A DNA stretch of 32,000 nt from an uncultured archaeon (GCA_964510585.1 CAZECW010000062.1:47525-79524), one strand, 5' to 3'; counted from the stretch's first letter, positions 1 through 9,248 are shown. Notes: generated by a model not told the origin, from the sequence alone. Numbers and translations: made by a program.

Positions 1-291
1 GGCTGTTTTGTAATCGTATCTTACATATCCGCCCCTATCAAGAATATAAACCAGTCCGTGCCAACCTGTTTTTAGAATTTTTCCAGCTGACAGAAGACCG
101 GCCCTCTCAAATTCGTAGTAGGTGTTTTTGGCTATGGTTTCCGAAATCCTAGCTCCAAAGAGCAGGGAGGCCACAAACCATTTGAATACCTCATCTGAAC
201 CCCTTTTTTGCAGATTTATTCCCAGCTCAGTCGAAAACAATCCACCCATCTTAACAGTGATTTCCTCTACAAGTTCTCTCACATAGTCCAT
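1..291 (-). CDS. Partial CDS running off the window edge; conserved helix-hairpin-helix (endonuclease III-like) family hypothetical protein, often loosely annotated as DNA methylase
   Basis: Not in the ORF track. Manual translation from the ATG at 291: MDYVRELVEEITVKMGGLFSTELGINLQKRGSDEVFKWFVASLLFGARISETIAKNTYYEFERAGLLSAGKILKTGWHGLVYILDRGGYVRYDYKTA, open to base 1. FKWFxASxLFGARISETIA and LDxGGYVRYD match this family as I recall it. Confidence 0.7.
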   Translation of the reverse strand, partial: MDYVRELVEEITVKMGGLFSTELGINLQKRGSDEVFKWFVASLLFGARISETIAKNTYYEFERAGLLSAGKILKTGWHGLVYILDRGGYVRYDYKTA

Positions 292-560
292 ACTCTAAAC
301 TTTAATTTCGCCCCTTTAAAATCCTTGTTTAATGGACGGGACGCACAACTTATGGATTTTAGTAAGCCACTTTATTGAAAAGTTTCCAAAAAGTATCCAT
401 TAATCATCGGGAACTAGTAATTATACTTATGGAATTATAAAATGAAAAGAGGGATTTAGAGCCATATACCTTTTTTAAAGAATAATAAGAATTGGGAAAG
501 GAAAAATTTATTATTTTAAATATTGGAGTAAATTAAACACTAAAAGGAGATGATTGACAA

Positions 561-1427
561 TTGTCGGGAGCATTTAGGTATGGAATGGTGTCTGGAATCG
601 TAGCAGGTATGGTTGCGGCTATAATGGGACTACTTCTCTTCGTCACATTTCACAGCTTCAACTCTACCATTTTTGCCACAATACTGAGTGCGATAGGAAC
701 ACTGATTGTAACCCTGTTTATGGGAATGATAGCTGTAGCTATATTTATAGTGCTAATGGCGATTTTCGGTGTCAACCTGGTGGAGGCGATAAGAAAGTTC
801 TTCGAAGAGTTATTGGCCCCAATATCTATGGTGATTATGTTAGGTTATTTCCAAGGACTTGTTTATAGTTTGCGTGTGTCTCTGTTTAACTCTATTTTCA
901 CAATTTTCATGGCTGTTTCTGGTATTTTGATATCTGCGGGGTTTTTCCTGAAGTTCCGACAGGAGGGAGCATATACTTACATTGCGAGAGGCTTTTTTGC
1001 TATTGTGGGAATAATTGTTGCGGGTATACTTATATATCTGGGTTTAAGCCCAGTGGCGAACTACACTCTGGGGGTGTTCTCACTCGCCCTATTGTTTGCC
1101 GCCTATCCTAATTACCTTTATCTAAACACTGCCGCAGTTCTACTCCTTTCAGCATTTATGGCATTAGGCATCATGCAATTGAGGGAGAGACAAGAATCAG
1201 CAAAACCCACACTCTGCTCAGGAATTGGAATTATGGAAATCTTATCGGGAATCCTCTTTCTCGGAGGAGTAGTTAGTTATATAATGTTCATACTTGGTTT
1301 CGCCTCAATGCTCATAACATTCATTATTTGGTTACCATACGCTTGGTCAGAATACGGAGCAGCACCCAGCCTTCCCAAAAAAGCATCAAGAAAAGGCCCC
1401 CAGGAAGGAGTGCAAAAATGGGAGTAG
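561..1427 (+). CDS. Multi-pass integral membrane protein, function unknown
   Basis: 288-aa ORF, TTG start downstream of AGGAG, roughly 8 hydrophobic segments by eye, charged C-terminal tail; no family motif recognised. Confidence 0.75.
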   Translation: MSGAFRYGMVSGIVAGMVAAIMGLLLFVTFHSFNSTIFATILSAIGTLIVTLFMGMIAVAIFIVLMAIFGVNLVEAIRKFFEELLAPISMVIMLGYFQGLVYSLRVSLFNSIFTIFMAVSGILISAGFFLKFRQEGAYTYIARGFFAIVGIIVAGILIYLGLSPVANYTLGVFSLALLFAAYPNYLYLNTAAVLLLSAFMALGIMQLRERQESAKPTLCSGIGIMEILSGILFLGGVVSYIMFILGFASMLITFIIWLPYAWSEYGAAPSLPKKASRKGPQEGVQKWE

Positions 1428-1584
1428 AAACAAAACCGAATCACACCCACTATTTTTTCATTGCGGTAGCCATAAATTAGGAGAGTGGGAAACTTTTAAT
1501 ACAATTCTTCTCTTATAGCCCACAGCATAAATGAAGAGTATTCAGGCGTATAAATTGAAAGGTATATTCAATAATGGTGGTTGG

Positions 1585-2471
1585 ATGAATATGGGTGAGT
1601 CTTGGGAGCATAAATTTGTTGAAACCAATGGGGTTCGTCTACACTACGTTGTTCAGGGTCAGGGTAAACTGATGATTCTCTTACATGGTTTTCCCGAGTT
1701 CTGGTATTCTTGGAGGCACCAGATACCCGTTATGGCAAAGTACTTCAAAGTTGTAGCTCCAGACATGAGAGGCTATAACGAGAGTGATAAACCCCTGGGA
1801 GTTAAAAATTATAGACTTAACATACTGGTTGAAGATGTTATGGGTGTCATTAAAGCCTTGGGAGAGGAAAAGCGATAATAGTGGGTCACGATTGGGGAGG
1901 CATAGTAGCTTGGTACTTCGCAATGACCCATCCCGAAGCCACAGAGAAACTAATAATCATGAATGTTCCCCACCCCCAGGTTTGGCAGGAGAAAGCAAAA
2001 TATAGTGCTAGGCAGCTTCAGAAGAGCTGGTACGTGTTCTTCTTTCAGACTGAGAAGGTTCCAGAGAGCTATTTTGGAAGGAACAATTTTCTAGCCATGA
2101 AGCTAATGCTTAGCAATTCAACCTTTAAGAAAGGGGTTTTCAGTGAAGAGGACTTGAAAAAATTCGTGGAGGCTTGGTCGAAACCCGGAGCGCTAACCGC
2201 AGCCATAAACTATTACCGAGCAAACATAAGACCCGAAATCTTCATGGAAGACATAGATTTAAAACTTCCAAAAATAACCAGCCCCACACTGGTAATTTGG
2301 GGAGAGGAAGACCTAGCCCTCACCCTCGAGGTAAGCAAAGGGGCGGAAAAATACATTAATGCCCCCTATACAATAAAATACATACCCAAATGTGGACACT
2401 GGGTGCAACAGGAAGAACCAGAACTTGTAAACAAATATATGCTAGAATTTCTGAGCGAATACACCAAATAA
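1585..2471 (+). pseudogene. Alpha/beta hydrolase (epoxide hydrolase-like) split by a single-base frameshift at 1868-1871
   Basis: The 5' part has the HGFPE oxyanion motif and APDMRGY. The 3' part has the GHDWGG nucleophile elbow, INYYRA, the WGEED acid and the GHWVQQE catalytic His. The junction GAG GAA AAG CGA TAA becomes [11 protein letters not shown] if one A is added. Likely start is the ATG at 1585 or 1591. Confidence 0.8.
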
Positions 2472-2778
2472 ATTCTAATATGTGAAGCTCAGGGCAGCAG
2501 AATAATAAATAAACACTAATCTATTTTTTTCCCTATATGTTGGAAAATTCACATTCCAATCAACAAAATTTAAATAAACATATATTCTACTATATATACA
2601 ATATTTTATCGAAAATTTTGCATTTGGGAAAGCGATTCAAAAACTGAGACGAAGTAGCCTCATTTGATTCTCACCTTTACGGCTCCACAATGGTCATAGA
2701 AATGCTATACATGAGGCGAAATTAATCATCATCAAAGTGGGAAAATGAAATTTCTAAATTGAATGGAGCTGAAGAAGA

Positions 2779-3963
2779 ATGGTTTGGAGTGAGATGGCTA
2801 AAATAGCCGCTTCTTACGGATTGAATTTGGAGAACGCTTTCGTTGACGGATGGTTTCTGGCGGGTATGCAGATAGCCACTTTCGGCGGAGAATTTGTAAA
2901 AAGCTTTGGAGAAGGAGCAAGGGGAATACTCCTCCGTGGGGCAGTAGCCACTGGAAAATATGTGGGAAATAAAATAACCAATGACTTTGGATTAGGCAAA
3001 GAACTAATTGACGTGGGAAGAATACAGAACCTGGTTATGTATTCAGTTCTCATGCCTCACACAATGGAGCAGTTAGAAAATGGGGACGTTAAATTGTCAG
3101 TTTTTGACTGTCCCTTTGCACCTTTTGCGGTTTTACTATCGGATCCTATGGCTTGTGAGATGTGCGTGGGATACGTTAGAGGCGCGGCAAAATATGTGAC
3201 AGAGGGTAGAGCAGGGGTTTCAAGAGTAACACACATTCCTGCAGGAGACCAGAGATGTGACTTTTTTGTTAGGGATGGTGTGCCCCATGGACTAACCCGC
3301 TACCAGATAAAAGCAAATATTCCACCTCAAGAGTACCTCTCAACACTTATCCAAAAAGATTTGAAATTCGTCAAAGAAAACTACTTTCCCAAGGCTTTCT
3401 CAAATCCCAAAATAGTAAGCCAGAACGCAAGTGAAGAGGAGAAAAAGGAACAGGCATTGGCCTACCTAATTGAGATAATGTCTTTGGTTTTACGGGGATT
3501 AGTGATGACCGAGTCTTACAGTGCCTATAGCATCCTCGGAAAAGGCATCTCTTATAGAACTGCGGAAAGAGCTGGAAAAGCTGCCGCCGACCTTATGCTT
3601 GCTGGCTTTCCACCAGCAGTCAGCGGTTGGAACGAGAGGTTCGGTCTATCTAATACGGAGAAAAGAGCTGAGAAGGCCGCGGTATTATATTCAACAGTGA
3701 TGAAGCTTGATGGTAAGGTTGGAGACGGGTGGTTTGAAGTTAGCAATTGCCTCTGGAAAAACATGGTTGAGGAAATGTTGAAGGATCCAGCCGGTTATGA
3801 TATGGCCAGCCTTAGTGAGTCAGATGAAGCGGAGGCAATGAAGTGTGGATGCGTCTCCTGTGATAGCTGCCTTAAAGGGCTTGTGGGTTCAAATGGCGTC
3901 CATGTAGAACAAGCCAGTTGCCAAGCTGACGGGGAAGACGGATGCCGCTGGGTTTTTAAATGA
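2779..3963 (+). CDS. Protein with two tandem V4R/ATC-hydrolase-like domains and no output domain
   Basis: Domain 1: VFDCPF...ACEMC...HIPAGDQRCDFFV. Domain 2: VSNCLW...CGCVSC...SCQADGEDGCRWVF. Both end in the GD/GExxC-x-F/W strand typical of V4R folds. Confidence 0.7.
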   Translation: MVWSEMAKIAASYGLNLENAFVDGWFLAGMQIATFGGEFVKSFGEGARGILLRGAVATGKYVGNKITNDFGLGKELIDVGRIQNLVMYSVLMPHTMEQLENGDVKLSVFDCPFAPFAVLLSDPMACEMCVGYVRGAAKYVTEGRAGVSRVTHIPAGDQRCDFFVRDGVPHGLTRYQIKANIPPQEYLSTLIQKDLKFVKENYFPKAFSNPKIVSQNASEEEKKEQALAYLIEIMSLVLRGLVMTESYSAYSILGKGISYRTAERAGKAAADLMLAGFPPAVSGWNERFGLSNTEKRAEKAAVLYSTVMKLDGKVGDGWFEVSNCLWKNMVEEMLKDPAGYDMASLSESDEAEAMKCGCVSCDSCLKGLVGSNGVHVEQASCQADGEDGCRWVFK

Positions 3964-4053
3964 GCTTATCGGCCTATTTTTCATCCTTCAACTTTTCCTT
4001 ATTAATCTCACCATTCAATGGTAATGTGGATTGGCTGATTCTACCCTACCCAA

Positions 4054-4319
4054 TCATTTTTTTAACGTGTAACCGAAGACATCAAGTAGCGTAGGTATCA
4101 CCGTCTTGTCTCCGAGTTCCTCTTGCTCGCTGACAAATTTTTGGCAGTCCCCTTGCCAGATACATCTTCCTTTTCATCCCCAACTATCTTGTGACTCTAG
4201 AGAAATATGCCTCCTGTAAGTACCACTGGATTCTCCCCTCTATTTTCTCCGATCCTCACACCTGGAATTTCAAGTACTTTATGTTCCGTTTTGAATTCAA
4301 ATGTACTAACCACTTTCAT
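4054..4319 (-). pseudogene. mtrH: Decayed N-terminal remnant of an MtrH-like methyltransferase (methyl-corrinoid:pterin type)
   Basis: Manual translation from the ATG at 4319: MKVVSTFEFKTEHKVLEIPGVRIGENRGENPVVLTGGIFL*SHKIVGDEKEDVSGKGTAK, then a frameshift in an A run, then FVSEQEELGDKTVIPTLLDVFGYTLKK*. This follows the MtrH N-terminal pattern F.F..E.KV.EI.GV.IGG..GE.P.VL.G.IFY..HKIV.D.K......A..LI..QEELSD.TG.P..LDV.G. In-frame TAG at 4197-4199, one frameshift, truncated after about 88 codons. Confidence 0.7.
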
Positions 4320-4376
4320 TCAAATGAACCAGTTAATCGGAACGAATTGTTTGGAAAGGAGAATGATTAGCCTTTT

Positions 4377-5639
4377 TCAGTATTTTCCGTACTTCTTTAC
4401 CGCATCTGTCAATGCTTTAATGTTTTCTGGTTTCACGTCTAGTGATGATGCCTCAGCTGGAGCTAGTGCAAAGCCGCCGCCAGGTTTTAGGTCTTCAAGC
4501 AGACTCTTAACATGCTCTCTAACCTTTTCAGGTGTCCCTCCAGCCAGTAAAGAGCCCGGTATGCCGCCCATTATGCATGTGTGGCCTCCCAGCACTTCTT
4601 TAGCTTTTCTTAAGTCAGCTCTCTCAAAGTATGCCACTGTCTTTCCCTTTGGTAGTTCGAGTATTGTTTCCAGATGAGGTGTGTGGTCTCCCTCATAGAA
4701 TACGAAGGGCGTTAGTCCAGCTTTGATTAGTTCTCCAATAACTTTCTTGAGGGCTGGCCAGTAATATTCATTGTATAGTTTTGGCGATAACATCGAGTTT
4801 AGGTGTAATGGTATGAAGGCAAGCACAATGTCCGTTCCAAAAAACTTCTTAACCTCTGGCGGTACTTGACCCGAAACAACTCCGACTTTAGCTGCAAGGG
4901 GTGTTAATACTTCGGTGGCCTGCTCTACCTTGTCGGGAATTCGGTGAAGGTCAACAACGACATCTGTTACGTGGCGCATAAAGTCGCCGATAAGATCCAG
5001 TGGCGAGTAAGACCAGGCAAATGGAAATGAGGGGTATCCAAGATTTTTAAGCTCCGCAGTTAATTCTTGCATCATAGCGCCATACTTTGCAACATCCATT
5101 CCCAGTTTGATCATTGCGCCATATGCTTTAGCTGAGTTCGGTTTTTCCAAGCTCCTGCACACTCTTGGCAACAGAACCTCGTTGATAAAGCCAAGGGGAT
5201 CCTCTATTAGTTTACCGTATTCTTCTGGTTCCATAAATTTTCCGCCGAGGAATTGTGGATACGTGTTCTCCGAAGTTTCCCTTCCTGGCCACTTAGTGTA
5301 CTTATCCTGCAAAATATCATGCATGGGTCCTGTCAAAAAGCGAACAAATGGGGCTATGTCGGGGTGACTATCAATGAGGGCCAAACTAAATATGAAACCT
5401 TCTAATCCCGAAAAACAACCAAACATGTCGAACCCGAAGTCTGATGCAACCTTTATAACTCCCTTTTTACATTCTTGGTAGTCGAAGGCTATTTTCTCAT
5501 AAGTCGTTCCTAAGTAACTTACTGGGAGAAAGCAAGCAGCCATCATTATCGGCACTCTGTCCGGTTCCTTTACACGTATTACTTTCTCCAGCCTTTCAAG
5601 TCTCTCCTTTAAGAGGACTTCACGTTTAGGTTTGGACAT
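4377..5639 (-). CDS. Uroporphyrinogen decarboxylase (UroD) superfamily corrinoid-dependent methyltransferase, long type
   Basis: EPDRVP N-terminal motif; LSPKLYNEYYWP, FYEGD, CIMGGIP and PGGGF motifs of the UroD TIM barrel. The start ATG directly abuts the stop of the corrinoid gene (TAAATG). Confidence 0.85.
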   Translation of the reverse strand: MSKPKREVLLKERLERLEKVIRVKEPDRVPIMMAACFLPVSYLGTTYEKIAFDYQECKKGVIKVASDFGFDMFGCFSGLEGFIFSLALIDSHPDIAPFVRFLTGPMHDILQDKYTKWPGRETSENTYPQFLGGKFMEPEEYGKLIEDPLGFINEVLLPRVCRSLEKPNSAKAYGAMIKLGMDVAKYGAMMQELTAELKNLGYPSFPFAWSYSPLDLIGDFMRHVTDVVVDLHRIPDKVEQATEVLTPLAAKVGVVSGQVPPEVKKFFGTDIVLAFIPLHLNSMLSPKLYNEYYWPALKKVIGELIKAGLTPFVFYEGDHTPHLETILELPKGKTVAYFERADLRKAKEVLGGHTCIMGGIPGSLLAGGTPEKVREHVKSLLEDLKPGGGFALAPAEASSLDVKPENIKALTDAVKKYGKY

Positions 5640-6272
5640 TTACTTCATCCCCACAAATTCTTTAATGAGTTTTATACCTGTTGCAGCATCTCTCGTCCAT
5701 GCGTCCGCCCCCACGTACTTCTTAGCATCCTCGTCCACCCTTCCGCCGCCAATTATTACCTTAACTTTATCCCTAAGGCCGGCATCCTTGATTGCATCAA
5801 TGGTTTTCTTCATTGACTCTATGGCTTCTGTTAGCAAGCCGCTTAACCCAAGTGTTTCTGGCTTATTCTTCTTGATTGCCTCTACAAATTTCTTTGGTGG
5901 AACGTCTACTCCAAGATCTATTACCTCAAATCCACTTGCTTCAAGGAGAGCTGTGACAATGTTCTTACCTATATCGTGAATATCCCCTTCAACAGTACCA
6001 ATGGCGATCTTGCCAACTTTCTTGACTTCCTTTGTGCCAATTACAGGTTTCAGTATTTCGAGTGCTCCCTTTAGCATTTCGCCAGCCATTATGAGGTCAG
6101 ATATGAAGTATTGTTTCTCCTCAAACATTTTGCCAATTTTGTCTGTAGCCCTTCTTATGTCCTCAAGAATAGAATGCACATCTTCTCCAGACTCAACCAT
6201 TTTCTTCAAAATTTGGAGACTCCTCTCATCGAGATCTGCTAAGGTTTTTACAAATTCCTCATGAAGACTCAA
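5640..6272 (-). CDS. Corrinoid (B12-binding) methyl-carrier protein, MtbC/MttC/MtoC-like
   Basis: Helical cap domain (YFISDLIMAGEML) plus Rossmann domain with EGDIHDIGKNIV (DxHxxG), DLGVDVP, LSGLLT and IIGGG; TTG start after GGTGGAT. Confidence 0.93.
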   Translation of the reverse strand: MSLHEEFVKTLADLDERSLQILKKMVESGEDVHSILEDIRRATDKIGKMFEEKQYFISDLIMAGEMLKGALEILKPVIGTKEVKKVGKIAIGTVEGDIHDIGKNIVTALLEASGFEVIDLGVDVPPKKFVEAIKKNKPETLGLSGLLTEAIESMKKTIDAIKDAGLRDKVKVIIGGGRVDEDAKKYVGADAWTRDAATGIKLIKEFVGMK

Positions 6273-7168
6273 AATCCACCCACCTATTCCTAATTCAAGG
6301 GCGTAAAAAAGTTATTAGTATATTTCTAATTTCTGGGGCGTTGTTTAGAAACTACGTCCCCTTGAGAAGGGAGGACTGGGCTTCTGGAAAGAAGCTCTAT
6401 TGAAAAATTCCTTTTAACAGAAAGGTGGAACAAAGGGAGAGTATTAGGACCATGTACAGAAGACAGCCCGAGCCCCATCCCAAGATATACTCTAGGGATT
6501 CTGCACGAAATACCTTTTTTACACCCTACATAAATGGAATATATAAACTATATAAGTATATCGGCAAGACGAAATCCTTACACTTCCCCGCCCACATAGT
6601 AACTATTCGCTCCCAATATCTCAAGTAGCGTGTACTCAAGTTTGTTGGCTACCCACATAGTAGGATAAGCTCACCGCCTCCCAAGTGCACCGAATAAAGA
6701 AAAGAGGATTAAGAGCCGGTTATTCTGAAGGATATACAATTAGGGTACGGGTGCTCCAAGGAAGGTTTGTACCGTTTCAGCAAACATGGGCTACTGGGGG
6801 ACTTGCCCTCTATGTAAGGTTCATAACAGACATGCTTGTCATGGCGAGGAAGGATGCGGAGAATGTGATAAGCTCCCTCAAAAAAGTATAATTCAGAGAT
6901 GCACACTAAAGAAGTCATCCCAACCCCACCGATGAAAAGGTCCTGAGAGGCTCCACTAATTTTGTCCGAGTCTTAAATTGGGGAGGCATTATAATCATTC
7001 AGTCCAGCGGCTAAAACAAAATTACATGTTTCTTTTAACGCGATTTTTTGGACAAATGTGCAAACGGGTACCTTTTCAATCGCGATTTTCATGTTTCAAA
7101 TTTTTAGAAGGGTATTCCTTTATATAATAGTTTTACCATTTTTCTTTCCAAAAAATGGAGGAGAGAAG

Positions 7169-8839
7169 ATGGAGAAACCGTGGTACAATTCTTGGCCGAA
7201 GGGCCTTCCCAAAACATTAGATTATCCGAATATTCCCCTTCACCAGACTTTGGATGATACTGCAAAGAGACTCCCCAACAAAACATCTTTGATATACTAT
7301 GGCACCGAAATACCCTTCAAAGAGGTTAAGGAAAACGCGGATAAGTTCGCGACGGTATTGGCAGAGATGGGCGTGAAAAAGGGTGACCGGGTCTGCCTGT
7401 ATCTGGAAAACTCGCCTCAGTTTGTAATGGCCTACTATGGAGCCCTAAAGGCAGGAGCTATCGTGGTTCCAGCTAACCCCATGTTTAAAGAAATGGAGCT
7501 GGAATACCAACTCAGTGATTCTGGTTCAGAAACAATAGTTGCACTAGACCACCTATATCCTTATGTCGAAAAGGTGAGAGACAAGGTCGGCCTCAAAAAT
7601 GTGTTCATAACCAACATAGGAGAATATTTCCCAGAAGAGCCAACACTACCCATAATGGATGCTCTAAAAGTGGAAAAAAAGACCTATCCCAAAACAATCG
7701 ACTTCCTGGAGAAACTCGAAGAAACCAAACCAAACCCACCGAAACTAGAATTCAATCCCAAGGAAGACTTGGCACTACTACAATACACCGCTGGAACCAC
7801 AGGCATGCCCAAGGGGGCGATGATCACACACAGTAACATTATGACGAATGTTTACGGAGGCTCCAAGTGGGTGGGAACCACTGATAAAGATATCAGCGTG
7901 GGGGTGCTTCCCTTCTTCCACGCAACGGGCATGGTACATAGTATGTGTAACCCCATACTGGTGGGCGCAACCAGCGTAGTGTTGGCACGGTTCGACCTTG
8001 CGGCGTTTCTTGAAGCCATAAGCAAGTACAGGTGTACACTCTGGGTGGGCATAACCACCATTGCCGTCGCCATTGCCATGTTTGCCGACCCAAAAAAGTA
8101 TGACATGACATCCCTACGATGCAGCTTCGCGGGCGGTGCTCCTCTAGGCCAGGAGGTCATAAAGAAATACAAGGAGATAACTGGTAGTGACATGATTGAG
8201 GGCTATGGCTTGTCCGAATCTATTTCACAGCTCACCATTAATCCTGTTGATAAGCCCAAGTATGGTTCGGTTGGCATCCCAGTATTCGATGTTGACGCCA
8301 AAGTCGTTGACAGTGAAACGGGCACCAAGGAGTTAGGATTTGACCAAGAGGGAGAACTCATATTTAAGGGACCGCAGATTATGAAGGGCTACTGGAAAAA
8401 TCCGGAGAAAACAAAGGAAACACTTAGAGATGGGTGGCTCTACACTGGTGACATTGGAAAAATGGATAAGGACGGGTACATCTGGATAGTGGGACGCAAG
8501 AAGGAGATGATAAATGTTTCAGGATACAAGGTGTGGCCCTTTGAGGTTGAAGATTTCCTATACAAACATGAGGCGGTACAAGAGGTAGGAGTTGTAGGAG
8601 TACCTGATGAGTACAGGGGTGAAACAGTTAAGGCGGTTATTGTACTTAAACCAGAATATAGGGGCAAAGTGACTGAGGAGGACATAATTAAGTGGGCTAA
8701 GGAGAAGATGGCGGCCTACAAGTATCCGAGAATCGTTGAATTCAAAGACTCGCTGCCAAAGAGCGGCGCGGGCAAGATTCTACGAAGGGTTCTATTGGAG
8801 GAACACTTGGAGAAAATGAAAAAATCAAAAGGTAATTAA
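7169..8839 (+). CDS. Long-chain-fatty-acid--CoA ligase family (ANL superfamily), paralog 1
   Basis: YTAGTTGMPKG P-loop, EGYGLSE, YTGDIG, GRKKEMI, PKSGAGKILRR. Start refined to the ATG at 7169 (MEKPWY) after GGAGGAG. Confidence 0.93.
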   Translation: MEKPWYNSWPKGLPKTLDYPNIPLHQTLDDTAKRLPNKTSLIYYGTEIPFKEVKENADKFATVLAEMGVKKGDRVCLYLENSPQFVMAYYGALKAGAIVVPANPMFKEMELEYQLSDSGSETIVALDHLYPYVEKVRDKVGLKNVFITNIGEYFPEEPTLPIMDALKVEKKTYPKTIDFLEKLEETKPNPPKLEFNPKEDLALLQYTAGTTGMPKGAMITHSNIMTNVYGGSKWVGTTDKDISVGVLPFFHATGMVHSMCNPILVGATSVVLARFDLAAFLEAISKYRCTLWVGITTIAVAIAMFADPKKYDMTSLRCSFAGGAPLGQEVIKKYKEITGSDMIEGYGLSESISQLTINPVDKPKYGSVGIPVFDVDAKVVDSETGTKELGFDQEGELIFKGPQIMKGYWKNPEKTKETLRDGWLYTGDIGKMDKDGYIWIVGRKKEMINVSGYKVWPFEVEDFLYKHEAVQEVGVVGVPDEYRGETVKAVIVLKPEYRGKVTEEDIIKWAKEKMAAYKYPRIVEFKDSLPKSGAGKILRRVLLEEHLEKMKKSKGN

Positions 8840-8866
8840 GGTTTTTGGATACGTTTCAATTCAAGT

Positions 8867-8972
8867 AGCCGTTTCACGATATAGTTTCGCCTAATCGACA
8901 GAACTCCAATAAGTTTATAGGCGCAGCTCCCTCTGGAAGTGTCATATCGCTTGAAACGGCTTTCCTTTTTTT
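8867..8972 (+). other. Nested inverted-repeat (multi-stem) structure followed by a T-tract, between the two CoA ligase genes
   Basis: AGCCGTTTCA (8867-8876) pairs with TGAAACGGCT (8952-8961); CGATAT (8877-8882) with ATATCG (8944-8949); inner CGCCTA (8888-8893) with TAGGCG (8918-8923); then TTCCTTTTTTT. Confidence 0.45.
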
Positions 8973-9248
8973 CTATAATATATAAATGGTCAAGTTAATT
9001 GATAAAGCGGCATATAAATTACAAAATGCCATTTTAACTTGAGTACTCGCATAAAAATCAATTACTTAGAAGATAGTTTGAAGACAACCAATTAATTTGG
9101 GAATAGTTTCTATTGCGTGATGACCGTGTTTTTCAGTTTGAGGAGAAGACCTGTTTCCTTTGGTTAGCTACTAGTATGAAAAAACGTTAAATATGTAATA
9201 CAATTTAATTTGAGTTTAGAAAAATTTTTTGTTGAGAAGATGTTTGTG

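Noticed and set aside
4197-4199. In-frame TAG in the mtrH-like remnant as pyrrolysine
   Set aside because: Pyl occurs in MtmB/MtbB/MttB rather than MtrH; the remnant also has a frameshift and is truncated, and there are no pyl genes in the window.
6273-6700. Cobalamin riboswitch upstream of the corrinoid gene
   Set aside because: No B12-box or GGGAA/CCCGCAACTGT-like conserved elements visible on the minus strand.
6685-6891. Track ORF with YVRFITDMLVM resembling a reverse transcriptase YxDD region
   Set aside because: It lacks the DD dyad and the upstream PQG motif, is only 68 aa, and there is no other retroelement evidence.
8867-8972. Stem-loop as a SECIS element
   Set aside because: Neither flanking ligase gene has an in-frame TGA and no clear SECIS core is visible.
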